From: Thermotogota bacterium
GTDB lineage: Bacteria; Bipolaricaulota; Bipolaricaulia; UBA7950; UBA9294
Direction of reading: 5' to 3'
Assembly (NCBI GenBank): GCA_039679545.1
Contig: JBDKUT010000120.1
Location: forward strand, 1 to 35,674
Length of the DNA stretch: 35,674 nt
A program made the position numbers and the translations under genes. Within the stretch, counting starts at the first letter, position 1, and each line of letters begins with the position of its first letter. Under the pieces are notes generated by a model. The model saw only the letters and a program-made list of their open reading frames with translations, made no database searches and was not told the DNA's origin. Positions 18,710 through 27,642 of the stretch are shown one piece after another.

Positions 18710-19822
18710 GTGGCCAAGAAGGACTACTACGAGGTCCTTGGGGTAGCCAAGGACGCGACCGAGGCGGAGATCAAGAAGGCCTATCGGCAGAAGGCCAAGG
18801 AGCTCCACCCCGACCGCAACCCCAACGATCGGAAGCGCGCCGAGGAGGACTTCAAACGGGTCGCGGAGGCCTACGAAGTCCTCGCCGACTCGCAGAAGCG
18901 CGCGCAGTACGATCGCTACGGCCACGCCGGTCCGGACCAAGGATTCACGTTCGGCGACACCGACTTCCGCCGCGCCCGCGAGGCGTACCAGGAATTCGGG
19001 TTCGGCGGATTCGACAGCCTGTTCGACCTGTTCTTCCGTCAGGGCGGCTCCCGCGGCGCCGGGCCGCGTATGCGAGCTCAGCAAGGCGAGTCGATCGAGT
19101 ACCGGCTGCGCATCACCCTTGAGGACGCCGCGCACGGGACGAAGATGTCGCTGACGGTGCCGCGTCTTGTGCCATGCGGCGTCTGCAGCGGAACCGGGCG
19201 GGAGCCCGGATCGTCGGTGCACACGTGCTCCACCTGCAAGGGGCGAGGACAGATCGAGCATCGGCAGCAGAGCTTCCTCGGGAGCTTCGTCAACGTCAGC
19301 ACGTGCCCGGAGTGCGGCGGGACCGGGGAGATCGTCGAACGTCCCTGCAATCGCTGTCACGGGAACGGGCGCGTCAAGGAGAAGAGCAAGGTGTCGATCA
19401 CGGTCCCCGCTGGCGTCGACACCGGGTCTCGACTGCGGCTGCGAGGCCAGGGGAACGCGGGCGTCGAAGGAGGGCCGAGCGGCGACCTCTACATCGTCAT
19501 CGAGATCATCCCGCACCCCGAGTTCGCACGGAACGGGCTCGACATCCACTCCCGCGTCGCGGCGACCTATCCGCAAGCGGCGCTCGGCGCGAAGGTGAGC
19601 GTTGACACCCTCTGGGGCAAGGAGACGCTGACGATTCCGGCTGGGACGCAGCCGGGGACCGAGTTCCACCTGCGCGGCAAGGGGATTCCAAGCCTGCACC
19701 CCTTAGAAGGGAAGGGCGACCACGTCGCCCACGTTACGATCGACGTCCCGACCAAGCTCTCTGCGCGTCAGAAGAAGGCGCTGGAGGAGTTCGTCAAGAC
19801 GTTCGACTCAGTCGCCGGATAG
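18710..19822 (+). CDS. dnaJ: Chaperone DnaJ
   Basis: J-domain HPD, G/F region, four CxxCxGxG motifs. Confidence 0.98.
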   Translation: MAKKDYYEVLGVAKDATEAEIKKAYRQKAKELHPDRNPNDRKRAEEDFKRVAEAYEVLADSQKRAQYDRYGHAGPDQGFTFGDTDFRRAREAYQEFGFGGFDSLFDLFFRQGGSRGAGPRMRAQQGESIEYRLRITLEDAAHGTKMSLTVPRLVPCGVCSGTGREPGSSVHTCSTCKGRGQIEHRQQSFLGSFVNVSTCPECGGTGEIVERPCNRCHGNGRVKEKSKVSITVPAGVDTGSRLRLRGQGNAGVEGGPSGDLYIVIEIIPHPEFARNGLDIHSRVAATYPQAALGAKVSVDTLWGKETLTIPAGTQPGTEFHLRGKGIPSLHPLEGKGDHVAHVTIDVPTKLSARQKKALEEFVKTFDSVAG

Positions 19823-20419
19823 GTCCCCCGACGCAAGGAGATCGACCAGGAGGATTCGCATGCGGCCGATCGCGCGTCGGCGATGGCTGATCTCGTTCTT
19901 TTCGGCGAGCGTCATCTCCGCCAGGGTCTTCGCCGCCCCCGCGGGGACGAACAGCGGGTCGTAGCCGAATCCGCTCGTTCCGCGCGGCGAGTCGGCGATC
20001 CGTCCATGCAGCACCCCGGAGCACACGAACGCCTGCCCGTCGGGAAGCCACAGCGCCGCGACCGCGACGAACCGCGCCCGCCGATCGGCGATTCCTGAGA
20101 GCCGTTCGAGAAGCAGCGCGTTGTTGCGGGCGTAGTCAACCGGCTCGCCGGAGTATCGGGCCGAGCGCACGCCGGGCTCCCCGCCGAGGGAGGAAACCTC
20201 CAGCCCCGCGTCCTCCGACAGAACCGGAAGCCTTGTCTCGCCGCCGATGGCGACGGCCTTCAGGAGGGCGTTCTCGAGGAAGCTCGAGCCGGTCTCCTCG
20301 ACGTCGGTGAACGAGCAGTCAGCGTGCGTGCGCCAGCCGATGCCCGGAAGGCCGGAGAGAATGCCGAGGGCCTCGGCGATCTTCCCGGGGTTCTTAGTGC
20401 CCAAGAGGACTTGCGTCAT
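19808..20419 (-). CDS. rdgB: Non-canonical purine NTP pyrophosphatase (RdgB/HAM1)
   Basis: [40 protein letters not shown]. Confidence 0.95.
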   Translation of the reverse strand: MTQVLLGTKNPGKIAEALGILSGLPGIGWRTHADCSFTDVEETGSSFLENALLKAVAIGGETRLPVLSEDAGLEVSSLGGEPGVRSARYSGEPVDYARNNALLLERLSGIADRRARFVAVAALWLPDGQAFVCSGVLHGRIADSPRGTSGFGYDPLFVPAGAAKTLAEMTLAEKNEISHRRRAIGRMRILLVDLLASGDLSGD

Positions 20420-20539
20420 AGGTGCTGGGGATTGTAGCCGACGCTGCGGTGGCGACGTGCCAAGCCCCCAACGAACACAGGAGCCTAGATCCCTGGCTTC
20501 GCGCGGCAGAGGAGTTGGAGAAGAACGAGAGAACGGGCG

Positions 20540-20782
20540 CTAGGCCGGCCACGGCGCAAACGAAATGAGGGCGCCGAGGACCAAGAAGACCGTGGACAGG
20601 GCGACCGTAAGCGTGCGCTTCGGGTCCTTGACCTCGTCGCGTCCGAACACGGTGCTCGACATTCCCGATCCGAACGCGCCGCCGAGCCCCGAGTGCTCGC
20701 TCATCTGCATGAGAACGATTCCCATAAGCGCAAAGCAGTCCACGAAGAAGATGACCTCGATCACGAGCTTCAGTATCGCCAT
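20540..20782 (-). CDS. secG: Preprotein translocase subunit SecG
   Basis: 80 aa, two TMs flanking IVLMQ...GLGGAFGSG...VFG. Confidence 0.9.
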   Translation of the reverse strand: MAILKLVIEVIFFVDCFALMGIVLMQMSEHSGLGGAFGSGMSSTVFGRDEVKDPKRTLTVALSTVFLVLGALISFAPWPA

Positions 20783-20840
20783 GATCCCTTAACCTTTCCC
20801 GATGTCCGTCGGGTGTGTCCAAGAATCCTACAGTCCAGCG

Positions 20841-20911
20841 ATTGTAGCATGGCCGACCGCGAGCCTCAACGGTCGGGCGTCCTTGCGCACCTCGAATGGC
20901 TCTCTTATGCT
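20841..20911. promoter_or_regulatory. Back-to-back sigma70 promoters for secG (-) and pyrG (+)
   Basis: Minus: TTGAGG(20869-20864)-17-TACAAT(20846-20841) with extended TG. Plus: TTGCGC(20883-20888)-17-TATGCT(20906-20911). Confidence 0.6.
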
Positions 20912-20943
20912 GTGGCAGCCACGTCGAAGTGCGGGGGGAACCG

Positions 20944-22569
20944 TTGCGCAAGTACGTGTTCGTCACCGGAGGTGTCCTTTCCGGGCTCGGAAAGGGCGTT
21001 GTCGCTGCATCCATCGGTCTTCTCTTCAAGCTCCAGGGGTACCGGGTCAGTCTTCAGAAGATCGACCCGTACGTTAACGTGGACGCTGGAACGATGAATC
21101 CGTACGAACACGGCGAGGTGTTCGTCACCCACGACGGGAAGGAGACGGACCTCGACGTCGGTCGTTACGAGCGGTTCCTGAACGAGCAGCTCTCCGCCGC
21201 CAACTACATGACAACCGGTCAGGTGTACTGGAACGTCATTCGCCAGGAGCGGGTCGGCGCGTTCCTCGGGAAGACGGTGCAGGTCATTCCCCACATCACG
21301 GACGAGATCAAGCGCCTGATCCGACTTGCGCTCGAGGAGAGCGACGCGGAGATCGGCGTCATCGAGGTCGGCGGGACGGTGGGGGACATCGAGAGTCTCC
21401 CGTTCCTCGAGGCTCTCCGCCAGATGAAGGACGAGCTGCCGCGCGAAGACACGTTCTTCGTTCACCTAACGCTCCTCCCTCACCTCTCGACGTCGGACGA
21501 GATCAAGACTAAGCCGACCCAGCACAGCGTGAAGGAGCTCCGCGGGATCGGAATCCAGCCGAACGCGATCGTGGCGCGCACGGAATGCCCCGTTCCGGAC
21601 GCGGTCAAGGGGAAGATCGCGCTCTTCTGCGACGTCCCCCGCGACAACGTGATCGAGGATCCCGACCTGCCGTCGAGCTACTACGCGCCGCTGCGACTTC
21701 ACGAGAACGGCCTGACCAAGGCCATCTCCACGGGCCTTCATCTGCCACCGCGTGAGCCCGACCTTCAGAGGTGGCACGACCTGGTTCGGGCGATCGAGGC
21801 ACCGAAGGACCGCGTGCGGATCGGAATCGTCGGCAAGTACGTCGAGCTCAAGGACTCCTACATCAGCATCCGCGAGGCGTTCCTGCACGCCGGAGCCCAT
21901 GAAGGGATCGCCGTCGACATGGAATGGATCTCGTCGGAGCACATCGCCCGCGACGGAGCCGAGTCCCACCTGAAGGACAAGGACGGCCTGCTGATCCCGG
22001 GGGGGTTCGGAGACCGGGGCGTCGAGGGGAAGATCGACGCCGTCGAGTACGTACGAACCCACGGGGTTCCGTACTTCGGCCTCTGCCTCGGCATGGAGTG
22101 CGCGGTGATCGAGTTCGCCCGCCACGTGCTCGGCCTAGCGAAAGCTAACAGCACGGAGTTCGCCCCCGACACGCCGGATCCCGTCATTGCGCTTCTCGAG
22201 GACCAGAAGCGCGTCGTGCAGAAGGGCGGAACGATGCGTCTCGGCGCGTACGAGGCGAAGCTTCGCGCGGGGACGATCAGCCGGGAGTGCTACGGCCGAG
22301 AGGCGATCGAAGAGCGCCACCGCCATCGGTTCGAGTTCAACCCGGACTACCGCACGCGTTTTGAGAAGGCGGGAATGCGAATTGCGGGAACATCGCCCGG
22401 TGGGGAGCTGGTGGAGATCATCGAACTGCCGGACCACCCGTGGTTCGTGGGCGTGCAGTTTCATCCGGAGTTCACCTCGCGGTTCCTCGCTCCGCATCCG
22501 CTGTTTCGAGGGTTCATCCGCTCATGTCGCGAACGACGAAGATCCTCCTCCTCGCCGCGGGCATCCTGA
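20944..22569 (+). CDS. pyrG: CTP synthase
   Basis: TTG at 20944; KYVFVTGGVLSGLGKG, KIDPYVNVDAGTM, KTKPTQHSV, GLCLGM, VQFHPEF. Confidence 0.98.
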   Translation: MRKYVFVTGGVLSGLGKGVVAASIGLLFKLQGYRVSLQKIDPYVNVDAGTMNPYEHGEVFVTHDGKETDLDVGRYERFLNEQLSAANYMTTGQVYWNVIRQERVGAFLGKTVQVIPHITDEIKRLIRLALEESDAEIGVIEVGGTVGDIESLPFLEALRQMKDELPREDTFFVHLTLLPHLSTSDEIKTKPTQHSVKELRGIGIQPNAIVARTECPVPDAVKGKIALFCDVPRDNVIEDPDLPSSYYAPLRLHENGLTKAISTGLHLPPREPDLQRWHDLVRAIEAPKDRVRIGIVGKYVELKDSYISIREAFLHAGAHEGIAVDMEWISSEHIARDGAESHLKDKDGLLIPGGFGDRGVEGKIDAVEYVRTHGVPYFGLCLGMECAVIEFARHVLGLAKANSTEFAPDTPDPVIALLEDQKRVVQKGGTMRLGAYEAKLRAGTISRECYGREAIEERHRHRFEFNPDYRTRFEKAGMRIAGTSPGGELVEIIELPDHPWFVGVQFHPEFTSRFLAPHPLFRGFIRSCRERRRSSSSPRAS

Positions 22570-23318
22570 GCGGAGCGGTCGCTCTCTTCCTTACCTTCAC
22601 GCGCCCTTCGATGTTCTCGCCCACCGCGGCCGCCGAGGCGACCGACGTCGTGATGCGGGGATACTCCGCGGCGGGGGACCCAACCTGGGAGATGCGCGCC
22701 GCGCGGGGGGAGATCGTGGAGCGCGAGGGCACCCTTGTCGACGTCGTCGTTGCCCTCTTCCAGCGAGGGAAGGAGCCGATCCGCGTGAGCGCCGACCGCC
22801 TGGTTCGCGAGGGAGAGACGGCGCTGCTCGAGGGCGGCGTTCGGATCGAGCGCGAAGACGGGCTCGAGATCGAGACGGGCGCCGTGACGTGGCGTGAGGA
22901 CGCCGAGACGCTCGAATCCGGCGAGACGACGCTTTCGTACGAGGACGGCGAACTCCAAGCCGACCGCTTCCAGTACGATCTCCGAACAAGGCGAGGCGAG
23001 CTGTCCGGGGTCGCCGTCACGTTGAATCGCGAGGACGAGCTCCGCGTTGGGAGCGAGCGCGCGGAACTAACCGAAGACCTTCTGACGCTGGAAGGGTCGG
23101 TGCACGCCGAGTCCAACGAAGGGACGCTCGAGGCGGAGCGCCTGACGGCGACAATTGACGGTAACTCCATCGCCTTATCGGGTGGAGTGGCCGCGGAGGG
23201 AGAGGGGTTTTCGGCGTCGGCGAACGCCGCCGACGTGCGTGAGGACGGCTGGGTTCTTCGCGGGAATGTGTCAGTCGATGCGGAGTTGTCGAAGCTCGGA
23301 GGCGGACGTGGCTCTTGA
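22524..23318 (+). CDS. LptC-like membrane-anchored beta-jellyroll protein (extended, 264 aa)
   Basis: ATG at 22524; N-terminal TM, repeated beta-strand motifs (LEGGVRI, LEGSVHA, LSGGVAA, LRGNVSV); immediately upstream of lptB. Confidence 0.7.
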   Translation: MSRTTKILLLAAGILSGAVALFLTFTRPSMFSPTAAAEATDVVMRGYSAAGDPTWEMRAARGEIVEREGTLVDVVVALFQRGKEPIRVSADRLVREGETALLEGGVRIEREDGLEIETGAVTWREDAETLESGETTLSYEDGELQADRFQYDLRTRRGELSGVAVTLNREDELRVGSERAELTEDLLTLEGSVHAESNEGTLEAERLTATIDGNSIALSGGVAAEGEGFSASANAADVREDGWVLRGNVSVDAELSKLGGGRGS

Positions 23319-24021
23319 GGGTTGGGGGCTTGTCAAGCGGTACGGCTCGCGAGCCGTCGTCGACGGGGTCACGCTGTCGATCGAGCCGGGACGCATCGTC
23401 GGACTTCTCGGTCCGAACGGAGCCGGGAAGACGACCACGTTCAACATCATCGTCGGCTTTACCGGCGCCGACGCAGGGCGGGTTCTCCTCGACGGGGACG
23501 ACCTGTCACGGCTTCCGTTCTACCGCCGCGCGAGGCTCGGCATTGGATACTTGCCCCAAGAACCGTCGGTGTTCACGAAGGCTACCGTACGACGGAACCT
23601 CGACATGGCCCTGGAGTGGACGGACGGGAGCGGCCGGGAGGCTCGAAGAGAGACGTTGCTCGCCGAGTTCGGCCTGACCTCTCTCGGCGACCAGGCGGCC
23701 GGAACGCTGTCCTCCGGCGAACGGCGGCGGCTCGAGATTGCGCGATCCCTGGCGGCATCCCCTCGCTACATCCTGCTTGACGAGCCGTTCTCCGGGATCG
23801 ATCCCATTTCCATCGCCGATCTACAGACGGAGATCCGGTCCCTACGAGACCGCGGCATCGGCGTCGTCATCACCGACCACAACGTCCGTGACACTCTGTC
23901 CATCACCGACCACGCCTACCTCATCGACCACGGCAAGCCGGTTGCGTCGGGCACTCCGGCCGAGATCGTCGCCGACCCCCAGGCCCGCCGCGTGTACCTC
24001 GGCGAGGGGTTCCGGCCGTAG
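23308..24021 (+). CDS. lptB: LPS-export-type ABC ATPase LptB
   Basis: GTG at 23308; GLLGPNGAGKTTTF, RARLGIGYLPQEPSVF, GERRRLEIAR, LLDEPFSGIDP, ITDHNVR, VYLGE. Confidence 0.93.
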   Translation: MALEGWGLVKRYGSRAVVDGVTLSIEPGRIVGLLGPNGAGKTTTFNIIVGFTGADAGRVLLDGDDLSRLPFYRRARLGIGYLPQEPSVFTKATVRRNLDMALEWTDGSGREARRETLLAEFGLTSLGDQAAGTLSSGERRRLEIARSLAASPRYILLDEPFSGIDPISIADLQTEIRSLRDRGIGVVITDHNVRDTLSITDHAYLIDHGKPVASGTPAEIVADPQARRVYLGEGFRP

Positions 24022-24241
24022 GCTTCTTGAGTCACAGATTCGAGAGCGCATGCACGGGTCTACGAAGCCCAACCCTGGCACCTGGAGTGGGCTACTTTCG
24101 AACGGGGTTCGAAACTCCTCCGTCCGAACAGCCTGACAGAACGGGTCTTTGGAATCTGGGCACGAATCCAGCTTCCTTGCTGGAGCCTGGCTCACGTCGC
24201 GCGAGCTACCTCGCATACCCTAACCGCAGAGCCCAGAACAG

Positions 24242-25297
24242 CTAGCGGGTTGAAACGACGACGAGGTAGTTACCATGCTGCTTCTGCCACTCGATGAAGC
24301 CGCCAAGAAGGCTCTGCGCACGCCTTCCGCCTTTCTGTAGGCTCTCAGCCACGGGGTCACTCTCCAATCCATCGTCGCTGTAGATGACCACCGGAGTATC
24401 CCGCGGCAGCGTTCGGACATATTCAGCGACGCTGGCTTCGGGAAGGTTCACGGCACCGGCCAGATGCCCGGCGGAGAAGGTGGACGCGGAACGGATGTCG
24501 ATCAGGATGTAGTCGGATCTGAGCCGTGTCACGTCGTAGTACCGCAGCATCCCTGATGAGGAGTCGGTGCGAGCGCCAGAGATGTCGAGAAACGCACCCC
24601 ACGACGCGTCCTCTCCCATCGCCATGCGCGTCGAGCCATAGCTCTTCTGCCACATATCGAGGCCGCCTTGCAGAGCGTAAACAGCGGCCAGTCCCTCAGC
24701 GCGGAACTCCTCCAAGACAGCCGTCACCGTGGAGCCGGCCTGATCGTAGATGATCGTCAGAACACCCGGCGGCAGGGCAGCAGCGTACGCCGTTGCCTCA
24801 GCCGTCGGAGCGTTCATGGCGCCGATAAGGTGTCCTGCGGCATACGCTGACGGGTCGCGAACGTCAATGAGAAGGTATGCATCGTAGAAGAGGTCGCCCA
24901 CCGGCTTTTGGTACGGCTGCCGCTCAACAACCTTGCCCGCCAGGTTGAGTGTAAGTCTGGGACGAGCCGGATCGTTCGATTCCACCGTGACGTAGCGCAC
25001 GACCCTGTCAGAGAATCCATTGGTGTCAAGCATGGCCTGCAGACCGACGCTCTGGCCCGGCTGAAGCCGATCCGTCTCGAGCTTGGTGGTCGTGCAGTGA
25101 CAGCCCACGGTGACGTCCGTGATAACGAGCTCTTGGTCGCCGACGTTCGATAATACGAACGTGTGGACCACCGCGATTCCTTCGATCGTATCAGGGTAGT
25201 TGTACGTCTCTTGGTCCACGGCGATTTGGGGAGCGGCCACGGCCGCGACGCCAAACCCCACAAGCGATATCGCCAGAAAAGCGAGAATCCGTCTCAT
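24242..25297 (-). CDS. Secreted DUF1573 (Ig-like) protein with two rhodanese-like domains
   Basis: ATG at 25297 with SD AAGGAG; signal peptide; F.LSNVGDQELVI...GCHCT...LQPGQ; two IDxR...GHLxGAxN repeats. Confidence 0.85.
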   Translation of the reverse strand: MRRILAFLAISLVGFGVAAVAAPQIAVDQETYNYPDTIEGIAVVHTFVLSNVGDQELVITDVTVGCHCTTTKLETDRLQPGQSVGLQAMLDTNGFSDRVVRYVTVESNDPARPRLTLNLAGKVVERQPYQKPVGDLFYDAYLLIDVRDPSAYAAGHLIGAMNAPTAEATAYAAALPPGVLTIIYDQAGSTVTAVLEEFRAEGLAAVYALQGGLDMWQKSYGSTRMAMGEDASWGAFLDISGARTDSSSGMLRYYDVTRLRSDYILIDIRSASTFSAGHLAGAVNLPEASVAEYVRTLPRDTPVVIYSDDGLESDPVAESLQKGGRRAQSLLGGFIEWQKQHGNYLVVVSTR

Positions 25298-25486
25298 GCT
25301 TCTCCTTTTCGTCCACCTCTCATCGAGGTATCGCACCCCAGGTACCGGCGCGTTTCTGCCATGAGTCTCCGCACGTGGGCCGAGCGCACCGTGGGCGCAA
25401 CAGAGCCAGCGCGGCTCATCCTAGCCTTCACCACGGTCACTCGTCGAGAGGTGTGATGCGTCAACACCCTTCCAAATCTGGACACC

Positions 25487-26284
25487 CTAGGAATCGCCGG
25501 ACGCGGTGAGAAGCCGAACGGCCTCGCGGAACCCGTCGAGCGGGCTTTGTCCCCCGCACTGCACCTCAAGGACTCCTCGGCCTGTGTAGTGGATGTCGCC
25601 AAGAATGTCGAACAGGTCATTCCAATCGATCCGCCCTCGCCCCGGCGCGTCGTGGCTGTCGTGGACTCCGTCGGTGTCGTGGAGGTGCAAGTGGGCGAGC
25701 TGGCCTCGATAGCGCCGCAGGTAGTCGCGAAGAGGATGCCGCCCCGCATCGGTCGAGAGAAACGCGTGCCCGACATCGATGCAGATGCCGAGGTTGGATG
25801 TCGTGGGGTCATCGCCGAAGTCGTCGAGGGCTCGATCGAGGGCCCACATGGCGTTCGGGGTGTTCTCGAGCGCGAGCTTCACCCGCTGTCGATGCCCGTG
25901 GTCGAGGATGCGCTCGATCTCCGGTACGTCGGGGCGTCGATCCGGCCGATCGAGTCCGAGGCTACCCGGATGAACGACCAAGATGGGAGCGCCAATCCGA
26001 GAAGCGAAGTCGATCTCCGCGCGCAGGCCGGCGGGGTTCCACGTCCAGTAGTCGCCGCGCGTGTGGGTCGTGACGAAGGGAGCCGCGGAGACTGCACGGA
26101 TGAGGTCGCTTTCCTCTCCCGGAATCGGCCCCGCATCGGTGGGCCCTTTCGACGCCCAGACCTCAACGCCAAGCCCAAGCTTCAGACCGACGACGGAACG
26201 AACGGCATCACCGAGCGACGGCCACGTCGCCACGTCGCGCCCGAAGTAGAAGCCCCAGAGACTTGCCCCGAGCTCGAGATGCAT
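25487..26284 (-). CDS. Sugar-phosphate isomerase/epimerase (AP endonuclease 2 TIM-barrel family)
   Basis: ATG at 26284; VVHPG, LALEN, CIDVGHA, HLHLHD, DSHDAPGRG, VLE. Confidence 0.88.
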   Translation of the reverse strand: MHLELGASLWGFYFGRDVATWPSLGDAVRSVVGLKLGLGVEVWASKGPTDAGPIPGEESDLIRAVSAAPFVTTHTRGDYWTWNPAGLRAEIDFASRIGAPILVVHPGSLGLDRPDRRPDVPEIERILDHGHRQRVKLALENTPNAMWALDRALDDFGDDPTTSNLGICIDVGHAFLSTDAGRHPLRDYLRRYRGQLAHLHLHDTDGVHDSHDAPGRGRIDWNDLFDILGDIHYTGRGVLEVQCGGQSPLDGFREAVRLLTASGDS

Positions 26285-26297
26285 GATCGATCGCCGT

Positions 26298-27617
26298 CTA
26301 CACGACGGTTGTGGTCTCGCGGAACTGCACACCGAGGGTAGCGAGTTCCTTGAGAACCGGCTCATAGACGGCCGGAACCATCGGGACGTGGACGCCGGTG
26401 AGGTCGATCTCGCCCTGGAGAACCATCCGTGCGGCGATCGCCGCGGGAAGCCCGACAAGACGCGACATCGACGTGTCCCCGTTCGGGATTCCGTAGTCAA
26501 CCAAGGTCGACGTGATCTTCTCCGTTCGATCGGCGTAGTCGACGACGAACTCGTGCTGCATGATGAGCAAGTCCCGCTCACCGGGCGCATACTGCATCTT
26601 CTCCAGCATCCGCTGCGCTAGCACGTCGAGGTACGTGTTCGCGCTGGCCGGAAGGGGCTCGCCGGAGAGGAAGCCCAACCACTCGAGGTCGGAGATCGGC
26701 TTGGCTGTCGCAGGAAGGCCAAGGCGCTTCGCCAGGTCGGCGCGGGTTGCCTTGCGCGTCCCTCCGCACAGCTTCCCGGTGAGCTCGGCGAACGTCAGCC
26801 CCGCAAGTTCCGGCCGCGCCGTCTCGTCGAGCAACCCAAGTTCCGCGATCTTTTTCATCGTGTCGCACCAGCCGGGGTACCGGAGGGTGCCACGGAACAT
26901 GCTCTTTACCGTGGGGATACCGTAGCTCTCGATGTACGGGAGCGAGTCGCGATTCGGATAGACCTCGAGGGTTCCGAACCCGACGATCGGGCACGGCCAA
27001 TGGTGAGCAAACAGCTCGGGACCCGGAATGTCGACGACGACACCGTCCTTCAGGTAGCGGGCGGAGTTCTTCCCCGCCAGAACGACGCCGCGCGGCGCCC
27101 ACGAGAACTTGTACCCCATCGGGTTGTCGTTCGCATCGGGAGCCGGGAGCCCTCCGGTGTTCGAAGTGAACGACACGAGCGTTCCGCCCTCATCCCGAAT
27201 CCGATCGATGACCTGCATCGCCGACATGTGGTCGATGCCGGGGTCGACGCCAATCTCGTTCAGGAGGATGACGCCCGCCTTGCGGGCTTCGCCGTCGAGG
27301 GCGCGCATCGCGTCTTTCACGTACGACGTCGTGACCATGTGCTTGCCGTGTTTCACGCAGAGCCGCGCGACCACAGGATGGTAGACGTAGGGAAGGAGGC
27401 TGATTGACAGGTCATTCTGTGCAATCAGCGCCTCGAGCGCGCTCTCGTCGCTAACGTCGACCGCGCACGCCACTCCGTTCTTGGCACGGCCGACAAGCTT
27501 CTCGGCCTTCTCCACCGTCCGCGTGGCCACCGTGACCTGGAATCCCTTCACTCCGAGCAGGTAGCGAACCAGTGGACCGGACACCAAGCCGGCCCCGAGG
27601 ACTAGAACCTTGTTCAT
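26298..27617 (-). CDS. Saccharopine dehydrogenase (glutamate-forming, SDH/Lys9-like)
   Basis: VLVLGAGLV, SLLPY, VTTSY, NEIGVDPGIDH, GGLPAP, NPMGYKFSW, YPNRDS, RGTLRYPG. Confidence 0.93.
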   Translation of the reverse strand: MNKVLVLGAGLVSGPLVRYLLGVKGFQVTVATRTVEKAEKLVGRAKNGVACAVDVSDESALEALIAQNDLSISLLPYVYHPVVARLCVKHGKHMVTTSYVKDAMRALDGEARKAGVILLNEIGVDPGIDHMSAMQVIDRIRDEGGTLVSFTSNTGGLPAPDANDNPMGYKFSWAPRGVVLAGKNSARYLKDGVVVDIPGPELFAHHWPCPIVGFGTLEVYPNRDSLPYIESYGIPTVKSMFRGTLRYPGWCDTMKKIAELGLLDETARPELAGLTFAELTGKLCGGTRKATRADLAKRLGLPATAKPISDLEWLGFLSGEPLPASANTYLDVLAQRMLEKMQYAPGERDLLIMQHEFVVDYADRTEKITSTLVDYGIPNGDTSMSRLVGLPAAIAARMVLQGEIDLTGVHVPMVPAVYEPVLKELATLGVQFRETTTVV

Positions 27618-27642
27618 TAGCGTCTCCCTCCCTCTCAGCCCT

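Noticed and set aside
24060..24135. tRNA or 6S RNA
   Set aside because: A T-loop-like hairpin is present, but I could not build a cloverleaf or the 6S rod with a central bubble.
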